DNA of 51,710 bases, from positions 1 through 51,710 of the forward strand of contig JANPLN010000044.1 in NCBI GenBank assembly GCA_031426555.1, given 5' to 3'. This stretch comes from Bdellovibrionales bacterium. Lineage in GTDB: Bacteria > Bdellovibrionota > Bdellovibrionia > Bdellovibrionales > JAGQZY01. The position numbers and the translations under genes were made by a program. The notes beneath the pieces were generated by a model. That model saw only the letters and a program-made list of their open reading frames with translations, did no database searches and was not told the origin of the DNA. Every line of letters starts with the position of its first letter. Positions within the stretch are counted from its first letter, which is position 1. This document shows positions 9,444-18,643 of this stretch, in pieces.

Positions 9444-10300
9444 TAAAAGTAGCGAATGATCCCGCCCAAAACCGAATGGTTGACACTCTTTTGCAAGAGC
9501 GGGCTGTCACGGTTTTTGGCATCGCCGTAAAAGTAAACGTTGGCGCCGATAAAATAGATCCACGGGTAAACGTCGTAGTAGGAGTAGTTAATTCCAATAG
9601 TGGTGCCCATAAGGCCTTCGCGTGCGTCGTAGGTGCGGCGGGTGGGTGTTTGAAACTCCGGGCGTACTTCGAAAAAATAATCATTAAAGCTTTCCGAAGC
9701 ATAATCCAGTTCGAGGCGCGTGCCGATCTCGCCCCAGCCGTTTTTTAGATAAAAAAGATAGCGCAGGCTCGGCGCAAAGTTCCACTCCTGCGAGTTAAAG
9801 CGATGACTAAAATCGGTAGACGCCACAAACCGAAAGGGCAGGCGAATAAACATGGTGTGTGTGGGCGAGCGGTAGAGAAATATTTGCAGTTCAGGGCCCA
9901 ACTGCAGCGTCCAATCCAGATCGGGCATTCCTGCGCGTATCGGGATATCGTCAGAATCGGTGGGGAATAAAAAAGAAAAGCTGATCGAAAACTTCACACT
10001 GCTTTCCGAGACCAAATCACCGCGAACGCCTTCTTGCCGATCGATGGTGATGTTTTTTCCTTTATAAGTGGGCACCGCAATGTAGCGCATGCGCCCTTGG
10101 GCCGCCCCGGGGTAGTCGTTGATCCAACCGGCGCCAAAGCCTATTCCCCAGTGCGATTCGGTGACATCGGCCGGGGTTTCCACTTCTGGTTGTTCAACCG
10201 TTGGTGATACGGCGTCTGGTGCTACAACGTCGTCGGTGTTTGCAAAAACAAATGTCGGTACCAACAAAGCGATGAGGAATAAAAGTTTATTCACACACAA
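9443..10300 (-). CDS. MipA/OmpV-family outer-membrane protein
   Basis: Signal peptide; GFGAGWINDYPGA, RAGMPDLDWTLQLGP, NDYFFEV; C-terminal YF. Confidence 0.8.
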   Translation of the reverse strand: MCVNKLLFLIALLVPTFVFANTDDVVAPDAVSPTVEQPEVETPADVTESHWGIGFGAGWINDYPGAAQGRMRYIAVPTYKGKNITIDRQEGVRGDLVSESSVKFSISFSFLFPTDSDDIPIRAGMPDLDWTLQLGPELQIFLYRSPTHTMFIRLPFRFVASTDFSHRFNSQEWNFAPSLRYLFYLKNGWGEIGTRLELDYASESFNDYFFEVRPEFQTPTRRTYDAREGLMGTTIGINYSYYDVYPWIYFIGANVYFYGDAKNRDSPLLQKSVNHSVLGGIIRYF

Positions 10301-10574
10301 AACCCGAATTGGTGAGGTTGGTCACGATGCGATCTTTCACCTTCAGGCAGAAATCTTTTTCGCCCTGGGCTTTCGCGATGGTTTTAGCCGTGGAAAATTT
10401 TGTATACTGCACGTGGCAGCCCTTTTTTTCAAGGGGAAGCACTTCCACTGTACGCTCGTCAGTGAGCTGTTTGCAGATCGTGCGATCTGCGTGGAGGTTG
10501 TCTTTTGTTTGAGTCTTTGTGTGCTGACACCCCAAAAGTGCAAGGACAAGGGAGGCGAGCAGGAGCCACTTCAT
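10287..10574 (-). CDS. Small Cys-containing hypothetical lipoprotein
   Basis: Lipobox LLGC; overlaps both neighbours as in an operon. Confidence 0.65.
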   Translation of the reverse strand: MKWLLLASLVLALLGCQHTKTQTKDNLHADRTICKQLTDERTVEVLPLEKKGCHVQYTKFSTAKTIAKAQGEKDFCLKVKDRIVTNLTNSGFVCE

Positions 10575-11497
10575 AGGCCTTTATCTTTCGTTGGAAGAGA
10601 GCGAACGTTGACGTCCATTTGTTGGAAGGGAATTTCGATTTTATGTTTGCGCAGGGTCTGTTCGATCTCTAGGCGAATTTCCGATAAAATCACTTCGTGG
10701 AACCAGAGCTCTGAAAGCCAAACAGAAACGGAAAAATCCAGAGAAGACGCCCCAAAACTTTTAAAAACAACTCCGGGCGGGGGAGTTTTTAAAACCTGCG
10801 GGTGGGCTTCGGCGGCTACGAGAAGCAGATCTGTCACTTTTTTTGTGTCCGAACCATAGGCCACTCCGATGGGAATGCTATAGCGAATTCGTTCCCCCGA
10901 AAATGACTGGTTCACAACCTGCTTGGTGATGAATTCGGAATTGGGGACGATGATCACAACGTCGTCGCGCGTGAGAACCAGGGTAGAGCGTGCGCGAATA
11001 TCGAGAATGCGCCCAGACACACCGTCGATCACAACCACGTCACCGCGTTTGATGGGGCGCTCGGTGAGAAGAATCAAACCCGATATAAAATTCTGCGTGA
11101 TATTTTGTAATCCAAAGCCGATACCAACTCCAAGCACGGCACCAAAAGTTTCCAGGGTTCGAAGATTCACTCCAACATAGGAAAGCGTGATGACGATTCC
11201 CAAAAAGAAAACGCCGTAGCGAGCAAACCGTTCGATGGAAGCCTTCGCTCCTGGATCAAAATCTTTTTTGAGGAGTGCCCGGTGGAGAGTTTTTTCGACG
11301 AATTGCGAAAGTTTGCTAAAAAACCAAACCGCAAACAGGGCCACCACAATTTTGCGGGGAGTGAGCGGAACTTCGCCGATGCGCACGAGTTCGTGGGATA
11401 AAAACGTGTTCAGCTGCGACCAGTACAACGGTAGAGATTCAAACATATAACTCAAGTATTCATAAGATCGCCGCATAAGTCCAGAGCGCGTCCGCAT
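10571..11497 (-). CDS. mscS: Small-conductance mechanosensitive channel
   Basis: GVGIGFGLQNITQNFISGLILLTERPIKRGD, IIVPNS, IGVAYGSD. Confidence 0.92.
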   Translation of the reverse strand: MRTRSGLMRRSYEYLSYMFESLPLYWSQLNTFLSHELVRIGEVPLTPRKIVVALFAVWFFSKLSQFVEKTLHRALLKKDFDPGAKASIERFARYGVFFLGIVITLSYVGVNLRTLETFGAVLGVGIGFGLQNITQNFISGLILLTERPIKRGDVVVIDGVSGRILDIRARSTLVLTRDDVVIIVPNSEFITKQVVNQSFSGERIRYSIPIGVAYGSDTKKVTDLLLVAAEAHPQVLKTPPPGVVFKSFGASSLDFSVSVWLSELWFHEVILSEIRLEIEQTLRKHKIEIPFQQMDVNVRSLPTKDKGL

Positions 11498-11558
11498 TTT
11501 AACATTGTGTCTTTTCGTTGACGCGCTGTTATGAATATGAGAGTTAAAGTGAAACTTT

Positions 11559-12311
11559 ATGAAATGGATCCTCGTTTTTCTATCCTATCCTCGATCGCTT
11601 TTTATGGCTGTGTTTACACTGTTGTGGACGCTGGTCTGCTCTGTCATTGTTTTGTTAGTGATTTTGCTCACAGGGAAAAAAGAAAGTGCGGCTTTTCCTA
11701 CCTCCCGCATTTGGGCGCGCACTCTTTTGTTTTTGACGGGCGTTGAAGTGGAATTGCGGGGCGCTGAGAACATGCCAAAGACGGGCTGTTTGTTTGTTTT
11801 TAATCATACCAGCCACTACGACATACTGACAGTTTTTTCAGCATCGCCGCGCTATTGTTACTTTGGCGCAAAAAGTGAACTTTTTTCGATCCCAGTTTTT
11901 GGCAGTGCCATTCGGATTGCTGGGGCATTACCCATCGAACGGAAAAATCGCGAAAAAGTCATGCAAGTTTACAAAGAGGCTGAATTGCGCGTTCTGCAGG
12001 GAGATGTCTTTGCTTTAGCGCCCGAAGGAACGCGCTTTCATGGGCGGGGGACTCTTGGGGAGTTTAAATCGGGACCGTTCTTTTTTGCAGTGAACGCGCA
12101 AATGCCCGTTGTTCCGTTGGTTTTGATTGGCTGTGAAAAGGTATTGCCCAAACATGCGCTTTTGGCAAATTGGGGAATCTGGAAACAAAAAGTCATCATG
12201 GAAATCCTGCCGCCGATTTTTCCGGAAGGTCGAAGCGAAACTCAAGTTCCGCACCTCAAAGAAACAACTCGTAAAGCGATGCTGGATTGTTTGAAAAAGC
12301 ATTGGGGATAG
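11559..12311 (+). CDS. plsC: 1-acyl-sn-glycerol-3-phosphate acyltransferase
   Basis: NHTSHYD (HX4D), APEGTR, FKSG motifs. Confidence 0.88.
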   Translation: MKWILVFLSYPRSLFMAVFTLLWTLVCSVIVLLVILLTGKKESAAFPTSRIWARTLLFLTGVEVELRGAENMPKTGCLFVFNHTSHYDILTVFSASPRYCYFGAKSELFSIPVFGSAIRIAGALPIERKNREKVMQVYKEAELRVLQGDVFALAPEGTRFHGRGTLGEFKSGPFFFAVNAQMPVVPLVLIGCEKVLPKHALLANWGIWKQKVIMEILPPIFPEGRSETQVPHLKETTRKAMLDCLKKHWG

Positions 12312-12320
12312 TGCGCCGGT

Positions 12321-13805
12321 TTACTGCGCTGTCGTCGAAGGTGTAGTGTCCGCATTTTTGTCGCAGGTATTCAAATCCGCTCGAACATCACTGAAACGCC
12401 TGTAGGTTCTTGGATCGTTCACGATGGAAGAGCGATTTTGGTTGCCATCGCGGTTGATGAGCGTTGTGGTGGTTCCGCAACTGCCCGAGGTGATTCCGTT
12501 GCAAGAGTAGCAAAGATTATTAGAAGTTGTGAGATCCAGTTTGTGTTCGCTGGTGCATTGTAATTTTCGATCTGCCACCGTAGTTGCCAGGGCTGATGGA
12601 AGATTTAAACAGCGATTTTTATCACAGGTTTCGTTACTTTGAGTGAGATCAGTGCCAAGAGAGTAGGTTGGCGACACTTCGATGCGACCAAAGTTTTTAT
12701 CTGGCTGTTTCGGATCCTTAAGTTCAAAAACAGATCTGCGTCCTGCGGTGTCGGTGTCGCTTATGGTCACTTTTAGTACGGGTTTCTCTACGTCGAGGAC
12801 AGCGCCATCACTAAATTTACTACTCGTTGCATGTCCAACGGTTGCCACAGGTTTGTTGTTGATCACTTCGAGTTTTACGACGCCTTTGTTGAACCATACG
12901 GTATTTCGATCGCCATTCTGCGCGAGCGAGGCGCCAGTCGTGTATGCGATGGGAATTGTTGCGTCAGTGAACGAGGCGCTGCAGGTTTCACGATCTGTGG
13001 GTATAAAGTGATTGCACCACTGTTTTTTTTGAAAATCGAAGTAGTAGTGAGTATGGTTACCAATTTTAAATCCACCCTCATCGTCAACGTTAATTTGGTA
13101 ATCAGGTTTGTTTTCTTGGTCCCAAAGCAAATTGCCGGTTTTTATTTGCCGACTTCCAAAGCGTTTACCGCAATGCTCGTTTTGCTTAAAGCTTGCTAAC
13201 ATGGATGGACCACCGCCACGATTTCGGATAACAACATTTTGATGTTGGGGCGAGCAGCGGTTGATTTCCGCTTGTGGCACGGGGAAGCTTTTTACCGAAG
13301 TAGAAGACGAGACTGGGGAAGCACACGTTTGGTTGTTGCTGCACGTGCTTTGTTGTTGCAATGTTAATACGAGAGTCGGAGATTCGTTGTCCTTGCAATA
13401 GCGCGCGTTGCTAAGAACTTCAGTTTGTCTCGCCTCTAGACAATTTGGTTTATCCCGGCGCTCGACAATTTCCTGACCATCTGAAGAAAGAGTGATGTAG
13501 ACGGCTTTGTCGTTCGCCTTGTTACAACCGCTAAAAGTTGAGACTTCGCAAGTGCGGGCCTCGTCAACGCGTGGAACTTGCACTGTGCGTCCGTCAACAA
13601 CACGATCTTCCAATATGAGAGTTCCACACTGTCCATTACCGAGTGTGACATCGGGGTTTCCGACGGTGCTTTTTAAATTTACAGTGAGAATATTGTTGTA
13701 GGTGTCGAGGTAACTTGGACCGTTAATAGAACTCTCAAGAATTTCTATGGCAGCGAAAACCGAATGTGAAAACAGTAAAAAAAGAATAAATGAGAGTGGT
13801 TTCAT
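12321..13805 (-). CDS. Secreted cysteine-rich hypothetical protein
   Basis: Start at ATG 13805 (AAGGA RBS) gives signal peptide MKPLSFILFLLFSHSVFA; many Cys; long ORF. Confidence 0.7.
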   Translation of the reverse strand: MKPLSFILFLLFSHSVFAAIEILESSINGPSYLDTYNNILTVNLKSTVGNPDVTLGNGQCGTLILEDRVVDGRTVQVPRVDEARTCEVSTFSGCNKANDKAVYITLSSDGQEIVERRDKPNCLEARQTEVLSNARYCKDNESPTLVLTLQQQSTCSNNQTCASPVSSSTSVKSFPVPQAEINRCSPQHQNVVIRNRGGGPSMLASFKQNEHCGKRFGSRQIKTGNLLWDQENKPDYQINVDDEGGFKIGNHTHYYFDFQKKQWCNHFIPTDRETCSASFTDATIPIAYTTGASLAQNGDRNTVWFNKGVVKLEVINNKPVATVGHATSSKFSDGAVLDVEKPVLKVTISDTDTAGRRSVFELKDPKQPDKNFGRIEVSPTYSLGTDLTQSNETCDKNRCLNLPSALATTVADRKLQCTSEHKLDLTTSNNLCYSCNGITSGSCGTTTTLINRDGNQNRSSIVNDPRTYRRFSDVRADLNTCDKNADTTPSTTAQ

Positions 13806-13971
13806 ACAGTTCCTTTCGGTGAGATGGGACAATAAATTGAGTGCAGTCACAGATTCCCAACGAGAGTCTAGCTAGGCCTCGACCTAGAGAGTGGTCAGGT
13901 CATTCTGACAGATTTTGATGTGAATCAAACCAGTACTTTTTATTTGCGGAAAAGGGCAGTATTCTTGATAG

Positions 13972-15114
13972 ATGAGAATTCTTCATCTCAGTAAATATTA
14001 TCATCCTTATCGCGGTGGCATCGAAAAAGTGATTAAGGAGCTTGCTGAGTCGGCTTTTGAGCAGGGACATCAGGTCACTGTGATTTGTTCGAGCGAGAAT
14101 TCGCAAAAAAAAGTTGAAATTATCAACGGTGTACGCGTGATTCGACTCCCGCAATGGGGTACGATGTTTTCGCAACCGCTGACACCAAGTATATTTTGGG
14201 GAGTGCAAAAAGAGTTTCAAGACGCTGATGTCGTGCACTTGCACGCGCCCAATCCGCTTTTTGAATTTGCCTGTTTGAGTTTTGCTTTTAAAGCGCCGTT
14301 GGTTGTGACTTTTCATTGCGAAGTGATGAAAGCACGATGGCTCAATCGCTTTTACGAACCTGTGTCAAAAGCTATATTACAAAAAGCCGATTGCATTTTG
14401 GTGGCAACGCCGCTTCACATTGAGCATTCGTTTTGGTTAAAGGACTATGCTCACAAGTGCGAAATTATTCCATTTGGGATTGATCCTAAGTTTGAAAAAA
14501 AATCTCTCGAACTCAATCAGCACTTGCACGAGATCAAAAGTCAGTACGGTCGATATTTTTTATTTATAGGTCGAATGGTCCCCTATAAAGGGGTAAACAT
14601 TCTCCTCGAAGCCATGCAAACTGTTCCGCAGAATCTCGTTTTAATTGGCAAGGGCCCTTACCTTGAGCGCTGGAAGGCGATGAGCCGTCAGCTTAATCTT
14701 TCGGATCGAGTCCATTTTTTAGGCCCGGTTTCTTCGGACCAAGAATTTGGCGCCTTTTTGCACGGCTGTGATGCTGTTGTTTTGCCATCAATTAACGAAG
14801 CCGAAGCATTTGGTCTTGTACTGTTAGAGGGAATGTCGTGCAGAAAGCCGGCAATTACTACGGATTTGAATTCGGGAGTCAAATTTGTGAATTTGGACGG
14901 GCAAACCGGAATTGAAGTTCCCCGGGGCGATGCCACGGCCTTGGCTGCGGCAATGAACGACCTGCGGCTCAACGACGAGCTACGCCTTCGTCTAGGTGAG
15001 CAGGCGTATATGCATTTTCAAAAAAACTTTTTAATTTCTGAAAGCTTAAAAAAGCATCTGGATGTTTACCTTAGACTCAATCGCGAAGCCACGGGCCGAA
15101 CGGTGGCTGTTTAG
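13972..15114 (+). CDS. Glycosyltransferase family 4 (GT-B)
   Basis: KYYHPYRGGIE, FIGRMVPYKG, EAFGLVLLEGM (EX7E). Confidence 0.9.
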   Translation: MRILHLSKYYHPYRGGIEKVIKELAESAFEQGHQVTVICSSENSQKKVEIINGVRVIRLPQWGTMFSQPLTPSIFWGVQKEFQDADVVHLHAPNPLFEFACLSFAFKAPLVVTFHCEVMKARWLNRFYEPVSKAILQKADCILVATPLHIEHSFWLKDYAHKCEIIPFGIDPKFEKKSLELNQHLHEIKSQYGRYFLFIGRMVPYKGVNILLEAMQTVPQNLVLIGKGPYLERWKAMSRQLNLSDRVHFLGPVSSDQEFGAFLHGCDAVVLPSINEAEAFGLVLLEGMSCRKPAITTDLNSGVKFVNLDGQTGIEVPRGDATALAAAMNDLRLNDELRLRLGEQAYMHFQKNFLISESLKKHLDVYLRLNREATGRTVAV

Positions 15115-15125
15115 TTCATTATCCC

Positions 15126-15153
15126 TCAATATTTCTCCGCACTTTGTCGATAA
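15126..15153 (+). promoter_or_regulatory. sigma28-like promoter for second HD-GYP gene
   Basis: TCAA-N16-GTCGATAA, 7 nt before ATG 15161. Confidence 0.5.
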
Positions 15154-15160
15154 GATATTG

Positions 15161-15781
15161 ATGAAGCGGATTGCTGATGTGAACAAATTAACTGGACTCG
15201 AGCTGCCTTCCGAAGCACGGTTTTATATTCAAAACCTCATGGTTAGTCTTAAAATACACGACGTGGGTACCTTTGAGCACTGCGAGCGCGTTGGAAGCAT
15301 GTGTTTTGAGTTGGCGCAGGAGTTAGAGCTCAACCTGAACGAGCAAGCAACGGCTTACTATTCAGGTTATTTGCATGACGTGGGCAAAATTAAAATTTCG
15401 CCAGACATTATTAATAAACCTTCAAAGCTCGATAACATTGAATTTGCCACTATGAAAAATCACGCTCTGCTAGGAGCAGAACTTGTAGATCCACTGATCC
15501 ATATTCCGTTTTTTAAAAATGTGCGGGAAGCGGTTCTTTATCATCACGAGAGAGTCGACGGGAAAGGCTATTACGGAATCGCCGCTGACCAAATTCCATT
15601 CACCTCCAAGATAATTTTGGTAGCCGACACGGTGGATGCCATGGGCGCAGACCGCGCCTACCGCAAGGGTCTCCCAATGAAGGTGATCATCGACGAACTC
15701 ATCAACTGCAGCGGCACTCAATTCGAATCCCAAATCGTCAACACCTTCCTCAACTCAAAAACCATCAAAAAAGCCGCATAA
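15161..15781 (+). CDS. Stand-alone HD-GYP domain protein
   Basis: HCERV, LHDVGKI, HHERVDGKGY, DTVDAM..DRAYRK; start moved to ATG 15161 to avoid overlap with the GT4 gene. Confidence 0.88.
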   Translation: MKRIADVNKLTGLELPSEARFYIQNLMVSLKIHDVGTFEHCERVGSMCFELAQELELNLNEQATAYYSGYLHDVGKIKISPDIINKPSKLDNIEFATMKNHALLGAELVDPLIHIPFFKNVREAVLYHHERVDGKGYYGIAADQIPFTSKIILVADTVDAMGADRAYRKGLPMKVIIDELINCSGTQFESQIVNTFLNSKTIKKAA

Positions 15782-15831
15782 GGTACGCCGTTCCGTTTAA
15801 GGTACGCCGTGCCTTTTTGTTGAGATCTGCG
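15780..15831 (+). repeat. Left inverted repeat of RAYT locus (two tandem GGTACGCCGT units)
   Basis: 45/52 identity to reverse complement of 16519-16570. Confidence 0.9.
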
Positions 15832-16473
15832 TCAATAAATGGCCTCCGGATCGATTAAAAAATTTCGAGTGCCAACGTTTTTTCGATAGCGAAAAACTCT
15901 TTTTTTTAGTGCGAAAGAGATATGTTGATGTAAGTCGGACTGTCCAGTGTTTAACCAATGAAGCGCTTCAATTTGTAAATCGGGGTTCAGAAGAATCGTA
16001 TCGGTTTGGATAGGGAAGTTCATTTTTCGAAATCCAAGAATGCGTGAAAGACTACTATAAGAATAACTTTCGCAGGTAATTGCTAATCCAGCCTCCACCG
16101 GATTTCGGTAGACGTACTTATAGGAGTTGAGAAAATATCTGTACGAATCCAGTAAACACCAATGGTAGGGGCCTCCGAAAGTTTGATTAATCCGTCCGGT
16201 TTTCTTCGAAATCTCTTTGCTCACTTCTCGCATAAAGTAATTCATTCCCTCCGAAAGATTGGAATCGGGAGTTTTAACTAGTAAGTGAAAATGATTATTT
16301 AAAAGTACGAATGATATAATTTCAAAATTGAACTCGTATTTTAAGATGGTTAAGTAATCTCCGAAAATCGACCAAACAACTTCGAGATCCAATTCAAACC
16401 ATTCCTGGTTTATGCAACGAGCGGTGACATGATAGGGGAAGACGGATTGAAGTACCGTTTTTTTTCTGGCCAT
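15832..16473 (-). CDS. REP-associated tyrosine transposase (RAYT, Y1 HUH nuclease)
   Basis: YHVTAR, NNHFHLL (HUH), YVYRNPVEAGL (catalytic Tyr/NPV), YSYSS; 213 aa; flanked by palindromic repeats. Confidence 0.88.
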   Translation of the reverse strand: MARKKTVLQSVFPYHVTARCINQEWFELDLEVVWSIFGDYLTILKYEFNFEIISFVLLNNHFHLLVKTPDSNLSEGMNYFMREVSKEISKKTGRINQTFGGPYHWCLLDSYRYFLNSYKYVYRNPVEAGLAITCESYSYSSLSRILGFRKMNFPIQTDTILLNPDLQIEALHWLNTGQSDLHQHISFALKKRVFRYRKNVGTRNFLIDPEAIY

Positions 16474-16518
16474 TTAATTTACTGGTTCAAAAACAAAGCC
16501 AATTTCAAATCCAAATAA

Positions 16519-16570
16519 CGCGGATTTCAGCAAAAGGGTACGGCGTACCAAAAACGGAACGGCGTACCTT
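16519..16570 (-). repeat. Right inverted repeat of RAYT locus
   Basis: Contains GGTACGGCGTACC and GGAACGGCGTACC mini-palindromes. Confidence 0.9.
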
Positions 16571-17995
16571 TTAGAAGCGCATTTTTACGTCGGTGAGGAC
16601 GGGCATCATTTCGTTTTGTTGGGGGATGGATTTGATGTCTTGAAGATCTTTGACGAACTCGGGGGAGCCTAGGCCCATGATGATTGAGTCGATTTCTGTA
16701 AAACTCAAATACATTTGGGTGACTTTGTTCGAAAGTTTTTTGCTCTCTGCGAAGCACATGTTTTTTTCTTCCAGATAAAGTGAAATTTGGTTGGTTCGCA
16801 GGTTGGAAATGCTTTCCAAGGTTTCTGTCACTAAACGTGTCACAAGGTTTAATTTTTGGATATATTTATTTTTCCAAATATCCCAGTACATGTCCTGTGG
16901 AAGAAAACTCAGCTGCTCCATGGTTTTTGGGCGCATATGTCTTTGGATATAATTTGTCCATTTCCAAAGATCGCAAATACTTTCCAGATGATCACGTAAA
17001 AAGTGGCCCCAGTTTAACGACGGATAGGCAGAGAGTTTGGACATCATTTCTTTTTCCAGCTCAATCAGTTCAAGTAGATTTTGATGGAGCTTGCCTTTTG
17101 TGGCGGCTTCGTCGCGCTCGGGGAACGTAATAAAGTGATGAAGTTTGTCGCGATGATGACTGGTGAGGGGGCGACACGTGACGACAGCTAAATCCAACTC
17201 TTTAGCCACTTCAAAAACGCTGCGCCCTTTATGATTTTTTTCGGTGAGGGCGTAGGTTTCAAAAAGGTTAAACGGAATTTGCGCCGCTGCAAAATGATGG
17301 TTGGGGCGAATCGCCTTGGCCACATCATTGATTTCAGAGAGGTTAATAAAATCAGAAGCAATGTCTTTTTTGAGAAGAGCACTGGAGGCGATCCCGTAAT
17401 AGCGAATGCGCCCTTTCATAACCTCGACTTCTAAATGTTCGAAGGCTTTTTTAAGAGCAACAAGCATATCTTGTTTGGATTTTCCGTGAGTCAACATCAT
17501 TTCGGGAGCTTGGAGAAAAACAAAATCAACATAGTCCAAATTGAGCCGACGGAGAGACGTCGTTATTTGAAATTCCAAGTAGTCAGGTGAAATACAGTGC
17601 GCCATTTGATCGCTGAGTTTGATAATCCCAGGAAAAGGATGCCCAAGTTGTTCACGCTTCATAGCATCGAGAAACACTCGTCCTTGAAGAGTGCCGATTT
17701 TTGTCGAAACCACCACTTGATCGCGCTGGACTTCGCCAGACGAAATTTTTTCGTGAATCACTTCACCAATTAAAAGTTCAGAGGCACCATCACCATAGCT
17801 TCCGCTGGAATCGATGAAATTTATTCCAGTTGCGAATGCCGTTCGCAACGATTCCTTGTACATTTCGTTCTCGGGAGTCAAACGAAGGCTGCCAAAACAA
17901 ATGGGCGACACCATATACTCGGCGCGACCCAATCGGCGATAGGGGAATGGGGATAATTTTTCTAGACTATTTGGCTTCAGTTTTGGTGCGTTCAT
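16571..17995 (-). CDS. Aldo/keto reductase family protein, long form (start may be 18022)
   Basis: YRRLGR..VSPICFG, GINFIDSSGSYGDGASE, STKIG, SLRRLNLDYVD, GRIRYYGI. Confidence 0.85.
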   Translation of the reverse strand: MNAPKLKPNSLEKLSPFPYRRLGRAEYMVSPICFGSLRLTPENEMYKESLRTAFATGINFIDSSGSYGDGASELLIGEVIHEKISSGEVQRDQVVVSTKIGTLQGRVFLDAMKREQLGHPFPGIIKLSDQMAHCISPDYLEFQITTSLRRLNLDYVDFVFLQAPEMMLTHGKSKQDMLVALKKAFEHLEVEVMKGRIRYYGIASSALLKKDIASDFINLSEINDVAKAIRPNHHFAAAQIPFNLFETYALTEKNHKGRSVFEVAKELDLAVVTCRPLTSHHRDKLHHFITFPERDEAATKGKLHQNLLELIELEKEMMSKLSAYPSLNWGHFLRDHLESICDLWKWTNYIQRHMRPKTMEQLSFLPQDMYWDIWKNKYIQKLNLVTRLVTETLESISNLRTNQISLYLEEKNMCFAESKKLSNKVTQMYLSFTEIDSIIMGLGSPEFVKDLQDIKSIPQQNEMMPVLTDVKMRF

Positions 17996-18064
17996 ATAAA
18001 GATTTATCGGAGTTCCGCACAAAAAAGGTAAGGATTTATTGTGAAGTTCTCATCACAGAGAAGC

Positions 18065-18643
18065 TTATAGGACCTGGACCTGAAGACTTTCTAGAATTTG
18101 GGTGAGGGCCATCAGCGGCAAACCGACAATGGCGCTGGGGTCCTTGGTCTGGACTTTTGCAAACAACGCAATTCCTAGACCTTCAAATTTGTAAGAACCG
18201 GCGCAGTCCACGGGGTTTTCGAGGTCCACATAATTTTTAATTTGTGAATCATTCAGTGATCGCATCGTGAGTTCAGTGACATCCACGTGCTGAAAAATTT
18301 TTCCCCGGTGAATCACGCAAAGTGCCGTTAAAAGCTGGTGACTCTGTCCCTGAAGTTTTTGCAGCTCAAGAATAGCTTTGTCTTTAGTGCCGGGTTTATC
18401 CAATGATTTATGATTAAACAATCCCATTTGGTCGGAGCCAAGAACAATGTCATTGGGAAACAGCGATGCCACACTTTCTGCTTTTTTCTGGGCCAAATAA
18501 AGGGGTAAATCCGGAAGTGAAACTTGGGCTGTTTTTTTTAGTACCGCTTCATCCACGGTCGGCGCTTCAACGGAAAATGTTAAATTTAGTTGTTGAAGAA
18601 GCTTTTTTCGATAGGGCGATGTGCTTGCGAGAATAATCCTCAC
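18065..18643 (-). CDS. maf: Maf-family nucleoside triphosphate pyrophosphatase (YceF type)
   Basis: ILASTSPYR, GSDQ, DKPG, DCAGSYKFEGLGI, IVGLPL. Confidence 0.9.
   Translation of the reverse strand: MRIILASTSPYRKKLLQQLNLTFSVEAPTVDEAVLKKTAQVSLPDLPLYLAQKKAESVASLFPNDIVLGSDQMGLFNHKSLDKPGTKDKAILELQKLQGQSHQLLTALCVIHRGKIFQHVDVTELTMRSLNDSQIKNYVDLENPVDCAGSYKFEGLGIALFAKVQTKDPSAIVGLPLMALTQILESLQVQVL

Larger units (their letters stand above)
15780..16570. mobile_element. RAYT gene plus flanking REP-like inverted repeats
   Basis: IR-gene-IR unit fills the gap between two convergent stop codons; no target duplication seen. Confidence 0.7.

Noticed and set aside
10119..10859. 246-aa plus-strand ORF
   Set aside because: Antisense shadow across three well-supported minus-strand genes
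13972..15114. Polysaccharide biosynthesis cluster
   Set aside because: Single GT4 with no neighbouring sugar-pathway genes
15832..16473. Ordinary IS200/IS605 element
   Set aside because: Longer protein with RAYT-type NPV..GL and YSS motifs, no tnpB, and symmetric repeats rather than asymmetric ends
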